NCBI GenBank assembly: GCA_039679545.1
Contig: JBDKUT010000108.1
Coordinates: 1-44,385 of the forward strand
Source: Thermotogota bacterium
Lineage (GTDB): Bacteria > Bipolaricaulota > Bipolaricaulia > UBA7950 > UBA9294
Length of the DNA: 44,385 nucleotides
Direction: 5' to 3'
Part shown: piece after piece, positions 36,171 through 44,264 of the stretch
Position numbering within the stretch: the first letter of the stretch is position 1
Layout: every line of letters begins with the position of its first letter
The notes under the pieces: model-generated
What the model was told of the DNA's origin: nothing
The model's input: only the letters and a program-made list of their open reading frames with translations
Database searches by the model: none
Made by a program: the position numbers and the translations under genes

Positions 36171-37834
36171 GCGAGCGCCTCCACGATCGTCGTCGCGTCG
36201 AGCGGCAGGCCGTCGTACCGACCGATTCGCCCTTCGACTCGAAGACCGCCGTCGCTCCCCAAGAGGCGAGCCAACTGGCCGGTCGCGTTCCCTTCGACCG
36301 TCCAGTAGTCGACGTCGTCGCGCCACGCGATCTCCGGCAGCGGCCACAGCTCCGTGAAGTGGAGCGCTCCAACCCGGCGACCGGTCCCACGCAGGCGGAC
36401 CACCGCCTCGTCGATGGCTCCCTTCGTCGACCCCCAGCCAAGGAGGATCATCTCTGCATCCTCGTCCCGGTTGCGCGAGGGCGGCGCGATCTCGCCTCGA
36501 AGCCTGCGCCCTTTCTCGAGCCGCTTCTCGACCATCGACGGGCGCACGACCCGGACATCTTCGGTGATGTGTCCCTCCTCGGTGTGCTCGTCGCTGTCGA
36601 GGTACACGAGGTCCTCCGCCTGACCCAGATAGAGGCGCGGCGAGACGCCGTCCTCGGTCAGCGCGTACCGCCGGTATTTGCCGTCGATCGTGTCTGGGTC
36701 GGCGAGGTGCGCATCGGGAATCTCGCTCGGGAGCGACATCGCCGGAAGCGAGAAACGCGAGTCGGCGAGGAACTGGTCCGAGAGCACGATCGCGGGGATC
36801 TGGTATCGGTCGGCGAGATCGAACGCGCGAACCGTCTTCTCGATCGCGTCCTGGGGATCTGCGGGAGCGAAGACGAGGCGCGGCGTCTCTCCGTGTCCGG
36901 CGTGGATCGCAAACAGGAGATCCTCCTGCGCAGTCCTCGTCGGGAGACCGGTCGCGGGACCCGGGCGCTGGCCGAGCACGACGACGATCGGCGTCTCGAT
37001 CATCCCGGCAAGGCTGACCGATTCGACCATCAGCGCGAACCCTCCCCCCGAGGTCGCTGTCATCGCACGGGCGCCGGCGGCGCTTGCTCCGAGGGCCATC
37101 TCGATCGCTGCGATCTCGTCCTCGGCCTGCTCGACGAACACACCGAGCTTCGGGTCGTGCGCAAACGCGGTGATGATTCCTGTCGACGGCGACATCGGGT
37201 ACGCGGACATGAACCGGCATCCGGCCGCCGCGGCGGCGAGCGGAATCACGTCGTGGGCGGAGACGAACGCGTAGGTGGCCTCTCGCCGGGGCAAGGACTT
37301 TGGAGCTCGCCTGCCCAGCGCGACGCGAGTGGTCTCGAACCCCGCCTCGGCCGCGGAGACGTTCCCCGCGACCACCGCGTCTCCATGACGGGTGACCGCG
37401 GCGGTGAGTGCTTGCACGACGATCTCGATGGGAAGACCGAGGACCGCGGCCAGCGCCCCCGCAGCGACGGCGTTCGCGTAGAGATCCGACCCGCCATGCT
37501 TGACCGCAAGATCGTGGAACGGCACGACGATCGTCTCCTCGTCGGCGGCTTCCGGGGCGAGCAGTGTTCCTCCGGCCCGCAGATCCGGAACGTAATGGTC
37601 GCGGGCCTTGGGGTTCAGTGCCAGGAGAACGTCGGCGTCGCGCCGCGGAGCGTTGGCCGGCTCGGACGCGATCCGCAGGCGATGGCTCGAGTTGCCCCCG
37701 CGGATCCGCGACTCGTACTCCTGCACGGCGAAAACGGGATACCCATAGGCAAGGAACGCGCGCGCGACCACGTCACCGATGGTCTGAATCCCTTCTCCGG
37801 CCGCTCCTGCGATGAAGACGCTTTGTTCGTCCAT
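36167..37834 (-). CDS. 2-oxoacid:acceptor oxidoreductase alpha subunit (gamma-alpha fusion)
   Basis: GAAGEG, YESRIRGG, YPMSPST, QAEDEIAA, TATSGGG, RPGPATGLPT. Confidence 0.93.
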   Translation of the reverse strand: MDEQSVFIAGAAGEGIQTIGDVVARAFLAYGYPVFAVQEYESRIRGGNSSHRLRIASEPANAPRRDADVLLALNPKARDHYVPDLRAGGTLLAPEAADEETIVVPFHDLAVKHGGSDLYANAVAAGALAAVLGLPIEIVVQALTAAVTRHGDAVVAGNVSAAEAGFETTRVALGRRAPKSLPRREATYAFVSAHDVIPLAAAAAGCRFMSAYPMSPSTGIITAFAHDPKLGVFVEQAEDEIAAIEMALGASAAGARAMTATSGGGFALMVESVSLAGMIETPIVVVLGQRPGPATGLPTRTAQEDLLFAIHAGHGETPRLVFAPADPQDAIEKTVRAFDLADRYQIPAIVLSDQFLADSRFSLPAMSLPSEIPDAHLADPDTIDGKYRRYALTEDGVSPRLYLGQAEDLVYLDSDEHTEEGHITEDVRVVRPSMVEKRLEKGRRLRGEIAPPSRNRDEDAEMILLGWGSTKGAIDEAVVRLRGTGRRVGALHFTELWPLPEIAWRDDVDYWTVEGNATGQLARLLGSDGGLRVEGRIGRYDGLPLDATTIVEALA

Positions 37835-37842
37835 CGATTCTC

Positions 37843-39015
37843 CTACGACAACTCCTTGTGTCGTCTCGCGATCTCGTCGGCAAGCGTGTCGAGAGACTTG
37901 TACGTCTCCGCGTTCGGCGCGCCTCGCGCGAACACCGAGTCAAGCCACTCGACCTGAAGGCTCGAGCACAGCGAACGAACTGTTTCCGGTGCCTTGCCCG
38001 CCCAGCCGAACGACCCGATCGTGGCGGCGTAGCGGAGCTTCGGACGCAGAGCCGCAGTCAGGTACGCGGCAAAGACGACGCTCGGATGGGGTCCCACGAG
38101 GACCGTAGGCGTCGCAAAGACCACCGTGGCGGCGTCGACGAGCCGCGCGGCGTACTGCCCCACGTCGGTGACTGTCATGTTGAAGGGCTGAACCGCGACG
38201 TGCCTCTCACCGAGCGCAGTGACAAGGTGATCGACGATCTTCGCCGTGCTGGCGTGCATCGAGGCGTACGGGATGAGGACGAGGTTGGACGGAGGGTCGT
38301 TCACCCAGTGGCGGTACGCGGCGACGATGAATGATGGATCCTTGTAGGCGGGGCCGTGGCTCGGCGCGATGACACCGATGTCGATGTCGCTCAGCTTTTC
38401 GAGATGCTTTTGGATGAGCCCGGCGAACGGCATCATGATCTCGGCGTAGTAGCGCTTTGCTGCCTCGTAGACGCGCGCACGATCTGTGGCGTAGAGGTCC
38501 GAGGTCGCAAGGTGCGAGCCGAAGAAATCGCACGTGAACAAAATGCGCTCCTCGCGCAGGTACGTGAGCATCGTCTCCGGCCAGTGGACCCACGGAGCGT
38601 GGATGAACTCGAGCGTTCGATCGCCGAGCGACACGGTCTCTCGATCCTCGACGGTCGTGATGCGCTCGGCGGGGATTCCTAGGTGGTCGACAATCATCGG
38701 TTTCGCCTTCGGGCTCGCGAGAACACGCACGTCTGGATAGCGCTCTACGACCGCGGGCGCCGTCCCCGAGTGATCCTGCTCGACGTGCTGGATCACGAGG
38801 TCGTCGATCCGAGCAACGGAGTCGAGCGCGGACAAGAGGACGTCGGCCTTTGTCGGATCCGCTGTGTCGATAAGAGCCGTTCTCTTGCTTCCTCGGACAA
38901 GGTACGCGTTGTAGCTCGTTCCGTCCGGGAGTGGGATGAGTTCGTCGAACAGCCGTCGATCCCAGTCCTCGGCCGCGAGCCGGTCGACACCCGGGCAGAT
39001 CGTTCTGACACTCAT
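37843..39015 (-). CDS. fprA: Flavodiiron protein (A-type flavoprotein)
   Basis: GTSYNAYL, HVEQDH, PWVHWPE, CDFFG, PSHG, C-terminal flavodoxin domain. Confidence 0.94.
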   Translation of the reverse strand: MSVRTICPGVDRLAAEDWDRRLFDELIPLPDGTSYNAYLVRGSKRTALIDTADPTKADVLLSALDSVARIDDLVIQHVEQDHSGTAPAVVERYPDVRVLASPKAKPMIVDHLGIPAERITTVEDRETVSLGDRTLEFIHAPWVHWPETMLTYLREERILFTCDFFGSHLATSDLYATDRARVYEAAKRYYAEIMMPFAGLIQKHLEKLSDIDIGVIAPSHGPAYKDPSFIVAAYRHWVNDPPSNLVLIPYASMHASTAKIVDHLVTALGERHVAVQPFNMTVTDVGQYAARLVDAATVVFATPTVLVGPHPSVVFAAYLTAALRPKLRYAATIGSFGWAGKAPETVRSLCSSLQVEWLDSVFARGAPNAETYKSLDTLADEIARRHKELS

Positions 39016-39254
39016 AGGAGCCTTCCTCTCTTTGTCTCGTAGAAACGTGAACCGCGACTTGCTAGGGTGAACAACATGCTCTGATCGCAGAATGTGCCGC
39101 GCACCGAGCCCGCCGAACTCCGTCCCGTAGTCCCCTTCCCTGGTGTCGAGCTCGGGCGCGGCACTCTATATACCCCTATCTCTCTCGTTGGGTTCATCCC
39201 ATCTGGTTGACTCTGCCGTCCGCGACGGGCGAACGGGCAGAGTCGTTATCCTGT

Positions 39255-39416
39255 CTACGGAACCTGTTCGAACAGCTCCTTTCCCACCCCGCAGTCTGGG
39301 CAGACCCAGTCCTCCGGCAAGTCGGCGAACGAGGTGCCGACGGGAATCCCGCTCGTCGGGTCTCCGATGCTGGGGTCGTACACGTACCCGCACACCGTGC
39401 AGATCCACTTGTCCAT
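39255..39416 (-). CDS. Rubredoxin
   Basis: [15 protein letters not shown]...[20 protein letters not shown]. Confidence 0.96.
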   Translation of the reverse strand: MDKWICTVCGYVYDPSIGDPTSGIPVGTSFADLPEDWVCPDCGVGKELFEQVP

Positions 39417-39421
39417 CGCGA

Positions 39422-39934
39422 TCACTTCCTTCGCATCGACTTTCGGTACTCGTTGTACGTCAGAGGCTCCCCGCCCTCGCGGCTCGCGGCCCGGTCGACC
39501 AAGGCGACGAAGAGCGTGTGCGTCCCGAGATCCTGTGTAAACTCCGGCAGCACGGAGAGCTCGAAGACGGCCACCGCATTCGGGAGGTAGGGAATCCCGC
39601 GCTCCGTCGTCTCGTGGGGGAAGTCGGCAAACTTGTCGACATCGCGCCCCGATTGAAACCCAAATCGTCGGATCGTGTCCGAACAGGCGGGGTCGGCGCG
39701 GTCGAGGACGCTGACGACGAGGTGCCCCGTCGCGGCGATCATCTCGTGCGTCAGCGTTCGCTTCCCAATTCCGAGGGCGACGCGCTGCGGCGCGCTCGTG
39801 ATCTGCATCAGCGCGTCGAGGCACTGGCCGTTCGCCCGGCCGCTCGCCCTAGCCGTGACGATGTATAGACCGTGCGTGATCTGGAACAGCGCCGGGCTGA
39901 TCACCGCCGGGTCGCTCGAGAACGTGAACGTCAT
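39422..39934 (-). CDS. Flavin reductase-like FMN-binding protein
   Basis: [33 protein letters not shown]. Confidence 0.9.
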   Translation of the reverse strand: MTFTFSSDPAVISPALFQITHGLYIVTARASGRANGQCLDALMQITSAPQRVALGIGKRTLTHEMIAATGHLVVSVLDRADPACSDTIRRFGFQSGRDVDKFADFPHETTERGIPYLPNAVAVFELSVLPEFTQDLGTHTLFVALVDRAASREGGEPLTYNEYRKSMRRK

Positions 39935-39982
39935 CTCTCGCCTTCTCTTCCGATTATCTCTTGTCTCCCCTCTTCATCCTTT

Positions 39983-40555
39983 CTACCAATTCTCGGCGAG
40001 AAGCTCAAAATACGCCTGCGGATGGGCGCACGCCGGGCACTGAACGGGGGCCTCGGTTCCCGTATGGAGGTAGCCGCAGTTGCGGCAGCGCCAGACGACC
40101 GACGTCGGTTTCTTGAAGACGGTGCCCGATTCGATGTTCTTCGCGAGCGCGAGGTAGCGGCGTTCGTGCTGCTTCTCCGCAATGGCAATGGCCTCGAAGA
40201 CGGCGGCGATCTCCTTGAACCCCTCCTGCCGCGCCACCACAGCGAACTCCGGGTACATCGCCGACCACTCGTGGTGCTCGCCGCCCGCCGCCGCGCGCAG
40301 ATTGTCGGCCGTCGTCCCGATCACGCCGGCGGGGAACGCGGCCGCGATCTCGACGTCGCCGCCCTCGAGGAACTTGAACAGCTGCTTCGCGTGCTCCTTC
40401 TCCTGGTCTGCCGTTTCCGTGAAGACGGCCTCGATCTGGATCAGCTCGTCCTTCTTTGCTTGCGACGCGTAGTACGTGTAGCGGTTGCGCGCCTGCGACT
40501 CGCCGGCGAACGCGGTGAGCAGGTTCTTCTCGGTCTTCGATCCCTTGAGCTTCAT
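39983..40555 (-). CDS. rbr: Rubrerythrin
   Basis: LKGSKTEKNLLTAFAGESQARNRY, EKEHAK, EKQH, WRCRNCG...CPACAHP. Confidence 0.96.
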   Translation of the reverse strand: MKLKGSKTEKNLLTAFAGESQARNRYTYYASQAKKDELIQIEAVFTETADQEKEHAKQLFKFLEGGDVEIAAAFPAGVIGTTADNLRAAAGGEHHEWSAMYPEFAVVARQEGFKEIAAVFEAIAIAEKQHERRYLALAKNIESGTVFKKPTSVVWRCRNCGYLHTGTEAPVQCPACAHPQAYFELLAENW

Positions 40556-40571
40556 GCGTCGTCCTTTCTCT

Positions 40572-41369
40572 CTATCGTTGGCACTTCGGGCAGAAACACG
40601 TCGACCGCCCGGCCTGGATGACCCGCTCGATCGTCTCTCTGCAACGCTCGCACGGTTCTCCCTCGCGTCCGTAGACGGCAAGGTGGTTCTGATATGACCC
40701 TCCCTCGGCCGCTGTCGGGCGGTAGTCGGACACGCTCGACCCGAGCGTCGTTCCGAGCTGTGCGACCGCCTCGCCGAGCACGCCGACGATTGCCTTGTGC
40801 AACCGGCCGATCTCCACTCCCGTGAGCTCGTTCGCCCGACGGCGCGGGTCGATGCGCGCCTGCCACAAGGCCTCTGCGGCGTAGATGTTTCCGATCCCCG
40901 CGACCTTCCGCTGATCGAGGAGGAAGGATTTGATCGGCGCCCGCGACTCACTCGTGAGCTTGCTGAGAACCGCTCGTGTGAACAGCGGATCTAGCGGCTC
41001 GACGCCGAGCGGCGCATCGTCCCCGTCTTCGCAAACATCAGCGGTTCCCAGCCGTCGTGGGTCGACGAAGTAAACGGCCGTCCCATCGTCAAGGTGAAGG
41101 ATCATGCGCACGTAGTCCCGTTCGCATTCGTCGCAGTCAAGCCGCAACCGTCCCGACATCCGCAGGTGCACGACCAGCCTTCGTCCGTCCTCGAACTCGA
41201 TCCGGATGTACTTTCCCCGCCGCACGATCGCGGCGATCCGCGCGCCGGCGATGTCCTCTGCAGTCACCGCAAGGCGCGTGTCGAGCACATCGGCCGACGC
41301 GATCGTCCGACCGACCGCCGGAGCCAACCCACGCACGAAGGTCTCGACCTCAGGAAGTTCAGGAGGCAT
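40572..41369 (-). CDS. mutM: Formamidopyrimidine-DNA glycosylase
   Basis: MPPELPEVE, RRGKY, HLRMSG, GIGNIYA, zinc finger CERC...CPKC. Confidence 0.93.
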   Translation of the reverse strand: MPPELPEVETFVRGLAPAVGRTIASADVLDTRLAVTAEDIAGARIAAIVRRGKYIRIEFEDGRRLVVHLRMSGRLRLDCDECERDYVRMILHLDDGTAVYFVDPRRLGTADVCEDGDDAPLGVEPLDPLFTRAVLSKLTSESRAPIKSFLLDQRKVAGIGNIYAAEALWQARIDPRRRANELTGVEIGRLHKAIVGVLGEAVAQLGTTLGSSVSDYRPTAAEGGSYQNHLAVYGREGEPCERCRETIERVIQAGRSTCFCPKCQR

Positions 41370-41940
41370 TGCGCGTCCTCCTTGCGCGGGAGCCGTCGGA
41401 CGCGTCAGGAGAACGTCTTCTCGAGCCGTTCTCCGGCGCGGTTCCCGCGGTCGGTGTGCTCACAGAAGGTGCCTGCGGCTTCTTTCCACGTTTGCCATCT
41501 CCAGTCGCGGCACCCTCAGGCCCGGGCTTCCCCTCTTCGCGGCACGACGCGCAGACCCCGAACGCATACGTTCGGATCGCCTCAACTTGGTGGCCGTCCA
41601 CTTCCTTACCCAGGCATCGCTGTTGTCGCGCGTCGATGTCGTAGACCTTCTCGCACACCCGGCAGCGGAAGTGCACGTGCGGTCCCGTATCTGCGTCGTA
41701 CCGCGCCGCGCCCTGGTCCATCGTCAACTGCAGGATCGCGCCCGCTTTTGTGAGCGCCTCGAGCGTGTTGTAGACCGTCGCCCGCGCGATTGTCGGGTAC
41801 GTCTTGTGCACTGCCGTATACACCTCGTCGGCCGTCGGATGCGCCTTCGTCCCCTCCAAGAACTCGAGGATCGCCAGACGCTGCATCGTCGGCGTTACTC
41901 CTGCATCGCGCATTCTCGCCATCCGCTTCTGGGGGGGCAT
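41359..41940 (-). CDS. perR: Fur-family repressor, PerR-like
   Basis: TMQRLAIL, HPTADEVY, ATVYNTL, HVHFRCRVC, CASC; heads the oxidative-stress cluster. Confidence 0.85.
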   Translation of the reverse strand: MPPQKRMARMRDAGVTPTMQRLAILEFLEGTKAHPTADEVYTAVHKTYPTIARATVYNTLEALTKAGAILQLTMDQGAARYDADTGPHVHFRCRVCEKVYDIDARQQRCLGKEVDGHQVEAIRTYAFGVCASCREEGKPGPEGAATGDGKRGKKPQAPSVSTPTAGTAPENGSRRRSPDASDGSRARRTRNAS

Positions 41941-41949
41941 AGTAGAGGC

Positions 41950-41978
41950 AATATAACTTTGGACCAAGTCTAAATCAA
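41950..41978 (-). promoter_or_regulatory. perR-cluster promoter with a Per-box-like operator
   Basis: TTGATT-17 nt-TATATT; imperfect palindrome TTTAGAC-TTG-GTCCAAA (41974-41958) covering the spacer. Confidence 0.65.
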
Positions 41979-42128
41979 GAGCCGTTTCGGCGCGGGTCAT
42001 CACTCGGTGAACCAGAACTCGGGGGCGAGCTACTCATTTTCGTTTGCGAGGAGTGAGTGCGAGTACAGAGCGCCGCCGGGCCGGATGCACAGGGTGTTCG
42101 AGAGAGTAGAGACAGAAAGGATTTCGCT

Positions 42129-44063
42129 ATGACGATCGCAGTGCAATCCGCGTCGGTTCACGATGCTGCTGTTTTCGACGAGCTTCGCGTGCACATCGAA
42201 CGCGAGATGACGTCGCGGGGTGTCCCGGGGCTCGCCGTCACCTTTGTCGAGGGGGATCGAGTTCTGTGGAGCGAGGGCTTCGGCGTCACCGACCGACGCA
42301 CGCAACGACCAATCACGTCGGAAACGCCGTTCAGCGTGCAATCCATTGGCAAGACGTATACCGCCACCGCGTTCTTGGTTGTCGCCACGCGCGGCCTTAT
42401 CAGCCTGGATGATCGGCTTCGGGAGGTGGTCCCCGAGTTCCGTGTCCGCAGCCGCTGGGGGGACAAGGAGTGTGACAAGATCACGTTCCGCCATTTGCTC
42501 ACTCATCGCTCCGGCTTGGGTCACGAGGCGCCGGTGGGGAACAACGACGACCTGCGTCCGTGTACGTTCGAGGAGCACATCCGCAGTATGGGCAAGACGT
42601 GGCTGCGGTTCCCGGTCGGCGAACGCTTTGGCTACTCGAACCTCGGAATGGATCTCATTGCGTACTCGATCGAACGGCTCACCGGAAAGGCATTCCCTGA
42701 CTTCGTGCGAGAGGACCTCCTCGTTCCACTCGGCATCACGACCGCGACGTACGATCCTACGGAGTTCTGTGCTCCCGGCCACAGCGGGGCACATGAGAGG
42801 CGGCGCGTCCCTGTGCCCATGCTCGGAGCCGGCGGCCTCTATATCTCAGCCAGCGATGCTGCGCGCTTCATCTCATTCCATCTGCGGGGGTGCACCGTGG
42901 ATGGGGTGCCCGTGGTTCGCCCGGACCTCCTGCGGGAGATGACGAGCGTTCAGTACGCCGCGGAGGGACAGAGGGGCGGATACGGACTCGGCATCGCTAT
43001 CGATTCTTCACGGGCTCTCGACGTGCTCCAGCATGGTGGTGGTGGCTATGGTTATGCGGCCGTGCAAGCATGGATGCCCGAAGCGAACCTCGGCGTCGCT
43101 CTCGCGATCAACCAGGAGGAGGCCTATGATCTTGGAGAGAGCGCGAGCCTGCCTGTCCTGGAGAGGCTTGCTGCGCTGCGAGGCTACGTCCGTCCTGGGG
43201 CGGCGCGCCCGCCGTTCGGCGGCGAGGTGGCCGTCGAAGTCGACTCGAATGAGCTACGCCGTCTGCAAGGAACCTTCCTCGATCGCGGACTTGCGTACGA
43301 AGTCCGGGAGGAAGCGGGGACGCTCCTACTGAATGGCCGGCCGCTGCGGCCCTGTGCGCCGAGAACATTCGCAACGCAAAGGGGAAACCGAATCACATTC
43401 AGGGTTGGAAGCGACGGCCAGCCACTCGAAATACAGGCTCTCGGTCCGTTCGTCTCTGGCGAGTTTGCGGTCGACCACACCCCGTTCGATTCCCCCGGTC
43501 CGAACAAGCCGGAGTGGCAAGAGCTCGTAGGCATCTATCGACTCGCGATCGAGGACGGCGATCTTGGACCGCAATGGATGCCGGTCGTTCTCAGGGACGG
43601 ATACCTTTGCGCTGAGCGTGGGGAGTGCAGGATGCGGCTTCACGAGCATGCGCCGGGTCTCTTCTTCACCGCCGAAGGCGACAGCGCCGAATTCGAGAAT
43701 GGGGAACTCCTTTGGGCCGGCGGAGCGCGCCTGCGCCGCGAATCGACTCCCCCATACAATCGCGTTCTGGCCCTCGTGACGGCTGACCCCAGCCACGAAC
43801 TCGCGAGTTGGGAGTCGCTCACGGGTCTGGCCAGCGCCTACCGAGCGCTTGGGGAGCACGAGATGGCTCGGCGTCTCCTGCGGGCCTGCGTCAAGATCCA
43901 TAAACCCTTGCCAGGTGCCCTCTACGGGCTCGCGCAAGCGAGCCACAGCGCGGGGGACGAGGAATACGCAAGCGAGCTCTGCCGCCTCGTCCTTGCAGCG
44001 GAGCCCGAGCACGAGGCCGCGCTGGAACTGCTGCGCATTCTGAGCGCCCCGAACGTCTCGTAG
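42129..44063 (+). CDS. Beta-lactamase-family serine hydrolase with C-terminal beta-rich and TPR-like domains
   Basis: SIGK (SxxK), LLTHRSG, YSN, HGG; TPR-like tail; AAAGGA SD before ATG 42129. Confidence 0.85.
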   Translation: MTIAVQSASVHDAAVFDELRVHIEREMTSRGVPGLAVTFVEGDRVLWSEGFGVTDRRTQRPITSETPFSVQSIGKTYTATAFLVVATRGLISLDDRLREVVPEFRVRSRWGDKECDKITFRHLLTHRSGLGHEAPVGNNDDLRPCTFEEHIRSMGKTWLRFPVGERFGYSNLGMDLIAYSIERLTGKAFPDFVREDLLVPLGITTATYDPTEFCAPGHSGAHERRRVPVPMLGAGGLYISASDAARFISFHLRGCTVDGVPVVRPDLLREMTSVQYAAEGQRGGYGLGIAIDSSRALDVLQHGGGGYGYAAVQAWMPEANLGVALAINQEEAYDLGESASLPVLERLAALRGYVRPGAARPPFGGEVAVEVDSNELRRLQGTFLDRGLAYEVREEAGTLLLNGRPLRPCAPRTFATQRGNRITFRVGSDGQPLEIQALGPFVSGEFAVDHTPFDSPGPNKPEWQELVGIYRLAIEDGDLGPQWMPVVLRDGYLCAERGECRMRLHEHAPGLFFTAEGDSAEFENGELLWAGGARLRRESTPPYNRVLALVTADPSHELASWESLTGLASAYRALGEHEMARRLLRACVKIHKPLPGALYGLAQASHSAGDEEYASELCRLVLAAEPEHEAALELLRILSAPNVS

Positions 44064-44227
44064 ACCGTTGCCCGCGTAGTCGTCGGACGCATCATGGAAC
44101 GGCTGCGTGCACGTCGCCCGCCGGGACGCGCGCTTTCGCCCCGTCGGAATCCTCCAGAATTGCGAAGCTGCATCGTTGGCGTTACGCCCGTATCTTGTAT
44201 CCTTGCCATCCTCTTCTCGGGCGCCAT
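44041..44227 (-). pseudogene. Decayed partial duplicate of the perR/fur 5' half
   Basis: MAPEKRMARIQDTGVTPTMQ / FAILEDSDGAKA...DVHAAV* / RPTTTRATVYETFGAL aligns with PerR residues 1-62 across two frameshifts. Confidence 0.85.
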
Positions 44228-44264
44228 AGCGGACGCCAGCTAGCTCTAGCCAGGCGCCGGGGTC

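Noticed and set aside
44190..44200. GTATCTTGTAT resembling my recollection of the IS621 donor junction
   Set aside because: It lies within the decayed perR copy, aligns without gaps to perR codons and is on the opposite strand to the IS end; most likely chance
43922..44227. 101-aa ORF as a functional Fur paralog
   Set aside because: It stays open only through compensating frameshifts; the middle is out of frame and the metal-binding/dimerisation domain is missing
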